A stretch of DNA of 62,929 nucleotides, the filler included, from Octopus bimaculoides (taxonomy: Eukaryota): NCBI RefSeq assembly GCF_001194135.2. It is 4 parts of 3 records of this genome, joined end to end, with 100 filler letters (N's around TTAATTAATTAA, not from the genome) between each part and the next. Parts side by side here need not be neighbours in the genome. Positions count along the whole stretch, not along the records: positions 1 to 25,113 come from NC_068983.1; 3 more parts are not named here. One strand, 5' to 3'. A model generated the notes under the pieces. The model searched no databases. It was not told the DNA's origin and saw only the letters and a list, made by a program, of their open reading frames with translations. Made by a program: the position numbers and the translations under genes. Shown in pieces: positions 12,424-23,612 of this stretch. How positions within the stretch are numbered: position 1 is the first letter of the stretch; each line of letters starts with the position of its first letter.

Positions 12424-14186
12424 CTAGCCTAGATAAGACCCATCCATTAAATTAGGCCCCCCATTGATAATCTGGTCTATTACTGAATCATATGAAGTAC
12501 TAGATCCATCATCAAGGCTGACACATCGAGGCAATGGCTCTAGAGTAGGAAGTTGTCGACAGAGAGATCTAATATCTTCACTTGCTCGATGGTAAGCAAA
12601 ACCTCCACTATTTGTGTTGCCAGAACCCATTCCTGATGATCCCCTTTTATGATTTGGACGGTATATAACATTTGTGTTTTTATTATTATAGAGACACGGA
12701 ATCAACTCCGCAGGGTCCTGATGTGGGCTGTAGAATACATGTCGAAAGTTAGCGGGAATTTTTATGGACAATAAATCTAATTCGAGTTCTCCTTCATTGC
12801 TGGAGGAGTCCCCTTCAGGTGGAGGTGATCCAGAATGAGGTTTGCTTTCAGGGTCCCATTCTTTGTGTACTTCAGCTTCTAACACAGTAAGAGATTTAGC
12901 TGTTCGACTGACAACAGGAAGAGATCGGCTTTTACCTCGCTGAACTTCAAAACCTTCCTCAGATTCAGTCTGAGGACTTTGATGTTGTTGTTGTTGTTGC
13001 TTTTTCTTTTTCTTCTTCTGTTGTTGCTGTTGTTGTTGTGGCTGCTGTGGCTGCTGCGGCTGCTGTTGTTTTGGTTGCTGTGGTTGTTTCTGTTGCTGTT
13101 GATACTGTTCTGATTGTTGCTGGGGTTGTGGTGGTTGTTGTTGTTGTTGTTGTTGTTTTTGTTGTGTTGGAGGGTACAATGATGAAACAAGAGGTTCTGC
13201 AAAGAACATGTTGGAGTCATGTAGTTTTTTAGTTTGTGATATATTTTCATAACTGTGGGAATTGTGAGTTGAAAGCGAAAATGGAGTGAGCGTTGTGTGA
13301 CTGTTTAATGAGGAAGGGAGTGAGTTTAAGCGACTGTGAAAGAAACTTGAAACAGGGGCATTGTCTCTTGAGAAAATTCCAAATATGTCTCTTTGGGAGG
13401 TAAGGTAGTAAGAAAATGATGCATGTCTGCCAGTTTGTTTAGCAGTAGGAGCTTTCTCAATCTTGGTTTCCGGTAGCAATAAGGGTTCACCTGAACTGTG
13501 TCGATTATGTTTTGATTTAAATTTACAACCAACTGGTCGAGGAACCTGTTCAAGATGGTCTTCAACCCAACATGGATTGTCTTTAAAATATTGCTTAGCC
13601 TGTTCAATGGCTACTTTTAAGCGTTGACCTACTTCAGATTTATCATAGTTTTTTGTAGTAATTCCGGAAAATGGTGAAAATTTGGAACATTCCAAACTCA
13701 ATCCATGAAGTTGACATACAAGATTCGACACATCTCGCATCATCATAAATTTCTGAGCTAGGTCAAGCTGTGCAGGTATATCTCCTTCAACGGAGTAATC
13801 CATATACAGCACAATAAATTTTGACAAAGACATACCTTTACAACGTTCAATACGCATTTTTTCTGCAACATAATCAACTGCAAGAGCAAAATAATCCGGG
13901 ATGGTTCGATGAGGATGCAATTTAAACTGCATATTTTTTTTACATCTGAGTCGTGAACCAACAGAACAAAGAACAATAATATATTCAGCTTCTTGCATAT
14001 TGTCAAGAAGCCAGTCATTAAGACCTTTCTCCTGAATCAGATGTTCTTCAAATAAATCAATGTGCACATTACAGTTGCAGATCTGCATCAAAAAAGCAGC
14101 CATAGCTTGGACAACGTATTCATGAGCACAACAATCCGAAGAATAAAGTAAGAGAACATTTGGAAAATGCTGTTTCATGTCAAAAT
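12424..14186 (-). CDS. IL17RD: Terminal coding exon of an IL-17 receptor D (Sef)-like protein: SEFIR domain, C-terminal helix and long low-complexity polyQ/polyK cytoplasmic tail
   Basis: The 596-aa ORF begins in intron. The real acceptor is ttttcttttcag|ATTTTGAC at 14187/14186 (phase 1), giving 2+1761 nt to the TAG stop. VLLLYSSD..VVQAMAAFL...VHIDLFEE...WL...IIVLCS is the SEFIR core. FALAVDYVAEKM...LSKFIVLYMDYSVEGDIPAQLDLAQKF closely resembles vertebrate IL17RD as recalled (FLVAVSAIAEKL...[27 protein letters not shown]). LKVAIEQAKQYFKDNPCWVE resembles the PDWFE helix. Confidence 0.93.
12981..13165 (-). repeat. Coding CAA/CAG/CCA trinucleotide array (polyQ/P with a 6-Lys run at 13000-13017)
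   Basis: Read directly from the translation of the terminal exon. Confidence 0.95.
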
Positions 14187-14291
14187 CTGAAAAGAAAAAT
14201 ACAAAAACAATCAATAGTCTTAAGAATTTGATTAATCCAATAAATTATTCATTGCTATTTTGTCATCTAACTCTGAGAATTTATAAAGAAA

Positions 14292-14330
<39 letters not shown>

Positions 14331-14814
14331 CTTTGTCCCCCACCTCTGCTTTATAACCACTGTTCGTTTGTTTACATCCCCATAACACATGTTAGGACAT
14401 ATTGGTTCCACTGACCTTTTCTGGAAGATGCATATAATTAACATAGACTTGGCTTCCATCTAATGACTTAAGTCTCCCCCATCTAGTAAAAACATTTACC
14501 ATAAATGTCTTCCAAGTTCCAAGAGGAATTTAAGGGCCAGTACTTAGATCCAGTTTTGTGTTATAAAATTAATGAAAGATCTCACCCTGAATAACATAAA
14601 GAAATATTGCTAGAAAACACTGGTGACCTGAACAGGTCACCAATCTATTCCAGCAACATTTCCTCATGATCTGGTAATAGATAAATGAACTAAGGCCAAA
14701 ATATAGTGAAACATTTGCAGATGGATTTGAACTCAAAACCACTGAGCTGGTATTCTACTACTTTTATTCTTAGAATTACATCAGAGTAACTTTGTTTATT
14801 TAACATGATAACAC

Positions 14815-15203
14815 TTACTCTCTTTACCTGTTTCAGTCGTTTGACTGCGGCCATGCTGGAGCACCGCCTTTAGTCGAGCAAATCGACCCCGGAACTTATT
14901 CTTTGTAAGCCTAGTACTTATTCTATCGGTCTCTTTTACTGAACTGCTAAGTTACGGGGACATAAACACACCAGCATCGGTTGTCAAGCAATGATGGGGG
15001 GACAAACACAGACACACACACATATATATATACATATATACGACGGACTTCTTTCAGTTTCTGTCTACCAAATCCACTCACAAGGCTTTGGTCGGCCTGA
15101 GGCTATAGTAGAAGACACTTGCCCAAGATGCCACGCAGTGGGACTGAACCCGGAACCATGTGGTTGGTAAGCAAGCTACTTACCACACAACCACTCCTGC
15201 GCC
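14815..15203 (-). mobile_element. SINE family A, full-length, well-preserved copy (tRNA-like head, CORE-like CCTTGGGCAAGTGTCTT segment, internal microsatellite)
   Basis: Complete head-to-tail structure; multiple homologous copies in the window. Confidence 0.9.
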
Positions 15204-15431
15204 TATTTCATTTAATTTTTTAAAATCTTTTAAAATGAAATAGATTAATGGAAAAACTTGTATACATAATAGCAATATGTATGCAAAATCATAATATCTG
15301 AAGGCAACTAGAGAAGATATTAAATGCAGAGTGGTGTAAATGAAAGGAAAAAGCATGAAGCTAATAATTAAGTCAATTCAACTTATTAGGCAAGATTGCT
15401 AACAACTGTTGTCACAATGAACTATCTTTAA

Positions 15432-15833
15432 CCTTTTATCTTTTTGTGGTCATGCTGGGGCACCACCTTGAAGAAATTTTAGTTGAATGAATTGACACCA
15501 GTACTTATTTTGTTTTGTTTTTTTTTAATCCTGGTACTTTTTCAGTCAGTCTCTGTTTGCTGAATTGCTAAGTTATGGGACATAAACAAACTAACAGCGA
15601 TTATCAAGCAGGGGGGGGGGGCAAAGACACACACACAAACACACACACACACACACACATATATATATGCACAAAGGGCTTCTTTTAGTTTCTGTCTACC
15701 AAATCCACTCACAAGGATTTGGTCAGCCTGAGACTACAGTAGAAGACACTTGATCAAGGTACTATGCAATGGGACTGAACTCAGAACCATGTGATTGGGA
15801 AGCAAATTCTTACCACACAACCATGCCTACGCC
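15432..15833 (-). mobile_element. SINE family A, older full-length copy
   Basis: Colinear with 14815-15203. Confidence 0.85.
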
Positions 15834-16229
15834 AATATCAACTAAAATTTAGTAATCGATTACATTAATACCAATTATGCATTAATATATGAAACAAAAA
15901 CTACAGTACAAATATAAAATCAATAAAACAAAATTATCTCCTAACTTTTACTAGAGTACTATGGAAGATACCTAAGAATCTTGGAAACCATTATTTCACA
16001 AAGTATAGATTTCAGTCGTCTGCATATAAAAACAGGCCACATACCTATCATGCAAGGCTTAACACCAGCCTGTTATACTTAGATGAAATAATGAAGATAA
16101 AAATTAATAGATCTCAAAAAACATTTATAATACAAATAAAATATATCTCATAAATACAGAACTGTTTATTTATAATCAATAATGATTTAATATTTTATTT
16201 CAATTATTTGTTTCAGTTAATGAAAGCGA

Positions 16230-16690
16230 AATCGTGATGGCACCTGTACCAGTGGAGCACTAAGAGCACTGTCCGAGCACGATCGCTGCCAGAGCAGCTG
16301 TCTGGCTTCCGTGCCAGTGGCACGTAAACAGCACCAGCGTGATCATTACCAACGTCGCCTTCTTGGCACTTGTGCCAGTGGCATGTGAAAAGACATTCAA
16401 GCGAGACCGTTACCAGTGCCGATGGACTGGCTCCTGTACAGGTGACACGTAAAATACACCATTTTGAGCGTGGCCGTTGCCAGTACCCACCTGACTGGCC
16501 CTCGTGCCGGTGGCACGTAAAAGCACACACTACACTCTCGGAGTGGTTGGCATTAGGAAGGGCATCCAGCTGTAGAAACTCTGCCAAATCAGATTGGAGC
16601 CTGGCGTAGCCATCTGGTTTCACCAGTCCTCAGTCAAATTGTCCAACCCATGCTAGCATGGAAAGCGGACATTAAACAATGAGGACGAAT
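16230..16690 (+). mobile_element. SINE family D (GGAAGGGCATCC central domain, RTE-like tail, internal ~64-bp tandem units)
   Basis: Units start near 16243, 16309, 16368, 16433 and 16501 (GCCAGTGGCACGTAAAAGCAC-like). Tail cccatgctagcatggaaagcggac.ttaaac. Confidence 0.85.
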
Positions 16691-16801
16691 GAACTTAGTG
16701 ATCATATATGCAAACTAATGTAAATGGTATTAATGTTTATAACTGAGTAATACTGCAGTTGACCTAACAACCAACTTAGAAACTATTCAAATATAATACA
16801 T

Positions 16802-17010
16802 GTCATCATCACCATCATCATCAAGAAAATTTAACATCTGTTTTCCATGTGGTCAAGGGTTGGATGGCTTGATAGGAATTAGCAAAGCCGGGGGCCACAC
16901 CAGGTTCCATAATCTGTTTTGGCTTGGTCTCTACAATTGGATGCCCTTCTTAACACCAACCACTTTACAGAGTATATTGGGTGCTTTTTAGATGACACTG
17001 TGACCAGTAC
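16802..17010 (-). mobile_element. Older family D-related SINE fragment
   Basis: ggatgcccttcttaacaccaaccact...gggtgcttttt is the reverse complement of the family D core; (CAT)n tail. Confidence 0.7.
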
Positions 17011-17749
17011 TTTTTACATAGCACCAGCACCAACACAAATGCTTTCTATGTGTGTGTGTGTGTGTGTGCGCGTGTGATATCTACCTAAGTTTCTCTTTCT
17101 TTTGTGATCATTAGAATGATTTTGTTGATCATACAAACATTTGAAGTGAACATAATGAACTGAGTCAGCCCTATGTTTTACAGTCATTAACATTATCAAC
17201 TATGGTAGGGCAGTAACAATGTTAAACACATTGAGCCCTTCTCTCTATCATTCCTGCCACCTCATTTTTCTATTGGGCAATCATTATGTCAAACAAAGAA
17301 TCATCTAAATAATTAAATCAGAGAGAATGGAAAACCCCTTGCCTGCATTCAAACTTGAAAGTACCCACAAAAGTTACAAAAACTTTGTATGAAAAAAAAA
17401 CATTCAAACCTTAAGACCAAATTTATAATTTAATATTAGTTGCATATATACGAATTTGAAAAGTAAAGTTTTATGAGATGTGTCCACACAAGTTCTTGTG
17501 AACATGTAACCTACCCATGGTTCTAAAAAAATTCCCCACCACTGTTCTAGATATCCCCTTTACCAGTTAGAAATACCAGTTAAATTTACTTCAAACCACA
17601 CATAATGTAGTTCTGTCTGATATAAAATAGGATGGTCATAGCTAAAAAGTCTCTGATCTAGAAAGTCTACTTGATCAAAGTGGAACTTGTTGTTTATTCA
17701 CAAGGATGATCTGGGACTAGACAACAAATGAAAATGAAAAAACATCTAA

Positions 17750-17970
17750 CCCTTTAGCATTCAAACCAGCCATATCCAGCCCAAATATTCTCTACCTGTT
17801 TTACATTCAAACTGATCAGATCCAGCCTCTCACACCTACCTTACAATACCATTCTAAAAATATACAGTCACATTATGGAAATTTTGAAGCTACAAGATAA
17901 AGTATGATTAATTCAAAACAATGTGAATGTAATTAATTACATTCAACAGAATAATTTGAATGCTAAAGGA
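17750..17970. mobile_element. piggyBac-type MITE, family G
   Basis: (c)TAA-CCCTTTAGCATTCA ... TGAATGCTAAAGGA-TTAA; homologous to 22053-22268. Confidence 0.8.
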
Positions 17971-17994
17971 TTAAAATGAATGAATTAATCTTAC

Positions 17995-18039
17995 CTTCAA
18001 TAATTACATCAGACAGCTGTGGATGTTCAATGTGTGACC
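17995..18039 (-). CDS. IL17RD: 45-nt juxtamembrane linker exon of the IL17RD-like gene (GSHIEHPQLSDVIIE)
   Basis: Acceptor tttctgtttcaag, donor GAAG|gtaaga. Phase 1-1 with no stop. Its final G plus AT of the terminal exon gives Asp and keeps the SEFIR frame. Confidence 0.8.
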
Positions 18040-18247
18040 CTTGAAACAGAAATTAATTAACATTAAAGAAAGAATTCTCAGAAGAAAAGTAAAAGAGAAA
18101 TAGTAAACTAGAATAGAAGACAGAGAGAGAAGACAAACCTAAAGTTTTTGTTTAAAAGGAATAAACAATTCATATTATATTTTAAAACAAAAGGCTTCCA
18201 GAAATTACTTTTTTCTAGCTAGAAGCTCTATAGCAGTCATACAACCT

Positions 18248-18365
18248 GTGGGACATTTTGAATGGCACACCTAACGAAAATTACCTTGAATTGTTTTAGT
18301 AGTGCAGCCCACCTGATAATGAGTCATGTCTCATGTAGACCACATCTCATAAAAGGTTGACCATG
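18248..18365 (+). repeat. Unclassified interspersed repeat (second copy at 46036-46153)
   Basis: Shared aaaattacctt.a.tt.ttttagtagt.cagcccacct.ataatga..catgt.tcatg segment. Confidence 0.7.
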
Positions 18366-19114
18366 CTTACTCTGTAGTAAACACTTACTGAAATGTAATC
18401 ATCTGAGCTGGTACAAAATCAGTCAATTAAACTGTGTAAATTCAATAGTGACTCAACAGCAGAGTTCAAGACTTTGAACTTTGAAAGTCCAAACTCAAAT
18501 CTAGTTCAGCTGTTTTATATATATTTTATGTGGGTGTCAGAAGTGGAAATATAAGCAACCTCAGTGCTGTCATTCCACAAATCAATTTTAACATTTTCTT
18601 TCATCCATGTCATGGAGTGAATGGATCAGCAGTGCAGCAGTTTTTCAAATATTTTATTTCTGTCATCTCTGTTCTCCTAACTTCTCCAGAGTAACCTAAG
18701 CCCTGTCTCCTAACTGTTCTGTTCAACTTTGCCATGCCTCACTCGGTGTAGAAATCAAAACAGTATAACACAGACAGCCAAGAAAATGCTTACAACAAAT
18801 AAAACCAACAGCTTAACTACATTTGACTTCTGACGTGGGTATGAAGCCACAAATTTGTGTGGAAGAGTATAATTTGATGATTTTGACTTAGTACTTTGAC
18901 TGGTAATGTTTTTAATAAACCCCATGAGAATGAAAAATGAAGTGGACACTAACAAGACCCCAACTTTAAAAATCTAAAAACACAAACGTAATTTTGTATT
19001 ACTTTGTATTCTACTGTCCACTGACAATTATCAAGTGAGAACTTACAGTTAGCCAAGTCAACAAGGGTCTGAACTACAGAGAAATACACTAATGGTTCAT
19101 ACTTAGCCATTTAA

Positions 19115-20183
19115 CCCTTTCGTTACTAACCCGACTGTAGCCGGCCCCAAAAATTTTTGGTTCATAAGACCAACCCGAGAGTACCCATTGTTATTTAAAT
19201 GTATATTTGAACCCAAATCTCGTTAGTACATTCGTTAAAACACCTGCTTTCACTTTGCAAACAGTTGAGTTATTGTCTCCGACATTGTTTGGCGTGATAT
19301 TTGAACTCAGTGAATTTTGGAAGATTTTTTTCCACATTTTTTGCAGTGTTAATTTTTTTCAACTTTGAAGATGGAGAGGAGTTTCATGCTATCAAGCAGT
19401 GATTCCGAATTTGAAGGTTTTCAACAGAAGATATGGAGATATCGAAGAAAAGAATGAATGAGCTACAAAAGCNNNNNNNNNNNNNNNNNNNNNNNNNNNN
19501 NNNNNNNNNNNNNNNNNNNNNNNNNNNNNNNNNNNNNNNNNNNNNNNNNNNNNNNNNNNNNNNNNNNNNNNNNNNNNNNNNNNNNNNNNNNNNNNNNNNN
19601 NNNNNNNNNNNNNNNNNNNNNNNNNNNNNNNNNNNNNNNNNNNNNNNNNNNNNNNNNNNNNNNNNNNNNNNNNNNNNNNNNNNNNNNNNNNNNNNNNNNN
19701 NNNNNNNNNNNNNNNNNNNNNNNNNNNNNNNNNNNNNGTTACGCAGAATGTAAACAAACCGGAAAAAAAAGATAGCTTGTGGTTTCCTGCAACTGTAGAT
19801 GAAATACGGGCATTTTTTGCCATAAATATTATTATGGGTATTAGACAGTTACCCAGAATAACAAATTACTGGAGCGATCAGGAACCTTTTGGCGATGAAT
19901 ATACCAGTATTATGAACGAGTACGATTCGTGAAGCTGAACCAATATTTACATGTGAGAGGCACTAGCAGTACCCCAGTATGTGGAGAACTTTGAGACAAA
20001 AATTATGCAACAGAATTGATTAAGAACCCTTTCTTTAATTATGTTCCAAATATCACATTAATATGTTGATAAATAAAAAAGTTACAGGTGTTTAATGAGA
20101 CTAGTCTAAATTCATGATTATTTTAGAACTTAATTGAAACTCATGAAGGGTGTATTTTGGTCAGAAATATAGTAACGAAAGGG
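19115..20183 (+). mobile_element. Internally deleted piggyBac transposon with transposase remnant
   Basis: Perfect 14-bp TIR CCCTTTCGTTACTA and TTAA TSDs at 19111-19114 and 20184-20187. Remnant WFPATVDEIRAFFAINIIMGIRQLPRITNYWS...RFVKLNQYLHV is PGBD-type. Contains an N gap. Confidence 0.92.
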
Positions 20184-20262
20184 TTAATGCTGTAATGCAT
20201 CTATAGCCAAAACATTTTACTCATACTGGCTTAGTCCAGCCAACTAAATAAACAGTTATCAA

Positions 20263-20465
20263 CACTGCTGTCTTAAGGCTCTGGGCAGTTGCCAAGGATC
20301 CCTACAGACCTAGGGCCCAAATCTCATTTACATACACAGTATGTAAATCTCATTTACATACAATCTCATTTACATACACGGTGGCTTACTATCAATAAAT
20401 AAATACTATAGGGCCCAGTGTATTGATTTTGCGTGGGGGTCTATAATGTTGTTGAGACAGCCTTG
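20263..20465. mobile_element. Possible hAT-type MITE
   Basis: Weak TIR gctgtcttaa / ttgagacagcc; internal triplication of atctcatttacataca. Confidence 0.35.
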
Positions 20466-20964
20466 GGTACCATACATATTTACAATATGTACAGTTTACC
20501 TCTACAAGCAGCAAGTGTTGTTATAAATTTAAAACTGCTTTTTTATTGTTAGATTGCATTGCTGAGTTCAAGTTCTTGATTGGGTCTGCAAAAACCACTT
20601 TATTTTATATTCTATTGAAAAGATCATGAAATTAACACAATTACCTCAGGACTGATTTCAGAACAAATCCAATGATATAAAGGGGTACACAACAACAAAA
20701 AAACAGGAAATGTGAATCACTTACAGTTGGAAACTCCCAAAATTACCAGACATATATTTTTTCACAGTTAACCATATTCTATACCTATCATATAACTACC
20801 CAGATAATCCTAAAACTTTGATTATTGAATTATCTCATTCTTTTCTAATATTAGAACCATTTACATTAATGCTTTCATCTTAAAATTTTCACCAGATATT
20901 TATTATAACATTACTATTTGTTCACTTATTCTAAATTACTTATTCTAGAGCTATACAGTACATG

Positions 20965-21353
20965 TGGAGGCGCAATGGCCTAGTGGTTAGGGTAGCGGAC
21001 TCGCGGTCATAGGATCGCAGTTTCGATTCCCAGACCGGGCATTGTGAGTGTTTATTGAGCGAAAACACCTAAAGCTCCATGAGGCTCCGGCAGGGGATGG
21101 TGGTGGACCCTGCTGTACTCTTTCACCACAACTTTCTCTCACTCTTACTTCCTGTTTCTGTTGTGCCTGTAATTCAAAGGGTCAGCCTTGTCACACTGTG
21201 TTACGCTGAATATCCCCGAGAACTACGTTAAGGGTACACGTGTCTGTGGAGTGCTCAGCCACTTGCACGTTAATTTCACGAGCAGGCTGTTCTGTTGATC
21301 GGATCAACTGGAACCCTTGACGTCATAAGCGACGGAGTGCCAACAACAACAAC
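20965..21353 (+). mobile_element. SINE family C, full length (tRNA-Arg(TCG)-like head; OR-type Octopus SINE-like)
   Basis: A box TGGCCTAGTGG, anticodon-like ACTCGCG, B box TTTCGATTCCC, (CAA)n tail. Possible TSD acagtaca at 20955-20962 and 21352-21359. Confidence 0.9.
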
Positions 21354-21426
21354 AGTACAACATGCTCAAACAGATATAACAGAACCTGTTTCTTTTCACA
21401 TGGGTAAGATATTTTGTTGTCCAAGT

Positions 21427-21658
21427 CAGTGGTTCTCAACCATTTTTTATCTATGAACCGCTTTGATTCTTATTTTACTCAGGGACCCTCATAGCCATTC
21501 AATATTTAGAAAATCTGTTGTATTTTAATTATTAAATATTATTAGGAATTGTATTTAAAAAATGCTAAAATATTTTGTGTATTGTTAAAGTATAACCAAT
21601 TTATTGCTCATAAATTTTAACAACAAAATCTTATATGGACCCCGGTTAAGAACCACTG
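21427..21658. mobile_element. hAT (Charlie-like) MITE
   Basis: TIR CAGTGGTTCTCAACC / GGTTAAGAACCACTG; 8-bp TSD gtccaagt / gtctaaat (6/8 match). Confidence 0.8.
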
Positions 21659-22052
21659 GTCTAAATAAATGTTTAACAATAAAATTTGCCACACAGAATG
21701 AATTAAACAACTGATCAGGTGGTTAGGAGTTCAAGCTTACAACACTATCATCATTTAGCCCTGAGCAATATAACACACTGACTAAATCATCCAAACAGAT
21801 TTCATGACTACTTAACATTTAAGTGGTAACAGAAAACATATACAGTGAAATACATAGTCTTAACAGCATGTAATTGTCCAAAAAATACTCCACCTTCAAA
21901 TGTTAGAAAAGTGAGAAAAGTGAGTAAGACAGTCAAAATAAAAATTGCACCAGATCTTTAAAGAAAAAACTACTTAATCAAATTTAGCAATATGTAAAAT
22001 TTTTTCTGACAAAAACTAAACTGTATATATATTTCAAAGAAAATGTGTATAA

Positions 22053-22268
22053 CCCCTAGCAGTTAAATGGCCCTGTCTGGCCCCAATATTCTACCTGTTT
22101 TATGTTCAAACAAGCTAGATCTGGCCTCACATCTATTGTACAATGTCGTTATAAAAATAAACAATCACATCAATAAAATCTCAAAGCTACAAGATAACAC
22201 ATGATTAATTGAAAACAATGTGAATAAATAAGCATTACATTTGACAGAATAATCTGAAGGCTAAAGGG
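22053..22268. mobile_element. piggyBac-type MITE, family G
   Basis: Homologous to 17750-17970; ends GCTAAAGGG-TTAA. Confidence 0.78.
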
Positions 22269-22350
22269 TTAAAAGTTACTGAAAACAGACATTAAACAAA
22301 ATAATCTTGTTTAATATTTAAAAACTAAAAACTAAGCTAAAAGTACTTAC

Positions 22351-22497
22351 CTGAAGTGTAGTTTCTCTTACGGTACATACAAAATACAACAATAATGATT
22401 GTAACACTGCCAACAACTCCAAACACAGTCCCAAGCATAATCTTCAATGATCTTTCGTACTCTCCACTTTGGTCTGAAGGTTGAATTACTACATCAC
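22351..22497 (-). CDS. IL17RD: 147-nt transmembrane exon (GDVVIQPSDQSGEYERSLKIMLGTVFGVVGSVTIIIVVFCMYRKRNYTS)
   Basis: Acceptor ending tttag, donor TTCAG|gtaagt, phase 1-1. A hydrophobic stretch of about 22 residues is followed by an RKR stop-transfer signal, as expected upstream of a SEFIR domain. Confidence 0.9.
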
Positions 22498-22829
22498 CTA
22501 AAATATTATTGTATTTTTTTTATTCACATCATGACATAACAAAGAACAAAAACAAATATTAATTACAATTCATAGCAAATAAACCAAGAATTGTCAGCAT
22601 TTATTTGACCTCTTATGGCTGTGTGGACTATAATACACCATTTTTCTCTATTGTCAGCAGATAATATATATTAAATCCTTTTCTAAATCACATGGCTCCA
22701 TTGAACCAGTGCCAATCTTCAGTTTTTGCTATCTTGAGGTAAATGTGAAATAAATATTTCCTTGGATAGAACACAGGTCTAACAACTAATTTTGCAAATA
22801 AAAGAAATAAGTTGGTTATAAAAAGGATA

Positions 22830-23260
22830 AGGCATGACTGTGTGGAAAGAAGGTTGCTTCCCAACCATGTGGTTCAAGGTTCAGTCACACTGCATGGCAC
22901 CTTAGGTAAGTGTCTTCTAATATAACCTTGGGCCAACCAAAGTCTTGTAAGTGGATTTGGTGGATGGAAACTAAAAGAAGCCTGTTGTGTATATGTATGT
23001 GTGTGTGTGTGTGTGTATACATATACATACATTTATGTGTGTCTTTGTGCTTATGTATGTCTTTGTGTCTGTGTCCCCCACCACTGCTTGATAGCCAACA
23101 TTTGTGTGTTTATGTCCCCATAACTTAGCAGTTCAACAAAAGAGCCCGATAGAATGAGTAATAAAAAAATAAGTTCTAGGGTAGATTTGTTCAGCTAAAA
23201 CCCTTCAAGGTGGTGCCCCAGCATTGGCACAGTCAAATGACTGAAACAAGTGAAAACATA
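22830..23260 (+). mobile_element. SINE family A, full-length copy
   Basis: Reverse complement of the 14815-15203 type. Confidence 0.85.
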
Positions 23261-23545
23261 AAAAAAAATTTTAAATGCGATTATAAAAAGATAATGTTAT
23301 ATTTTGGGATGGTCATTTTTTTTTTTTCTATTTTTATTTATTTTTGCCAAATAAACACATGTACTATATATTTATTTTTCACTCATTTATTGTTGTTCTT
23401 ACTTTATCTTGTATCCATTATCTGGAAATCTTTTGTCACGCATCTATGACCTCTTCAGCGACCCCTTCCATCCACGTGTATCCACCTGCTTCGCCTAGTC
23501 TATTCTGCCCATCATAGAAGTGTGTGTGTGCGTTTATTTGGCAAA

Positions 23546-23612
<67 letters not shown>

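Noticed and set aside
12879-13607. Overlapping ORFs 12879-13250, 13038-13232 and 13326-13607
   Set aside because: Alternative-frame or antisense shadows of the polyQ coding exon.
14187-14214. Apparent N-terminus MIVFVFFFS of the 596-aa ORF
   Set aside because: It is the polypyrimidine tract and acceptor of the last intron.
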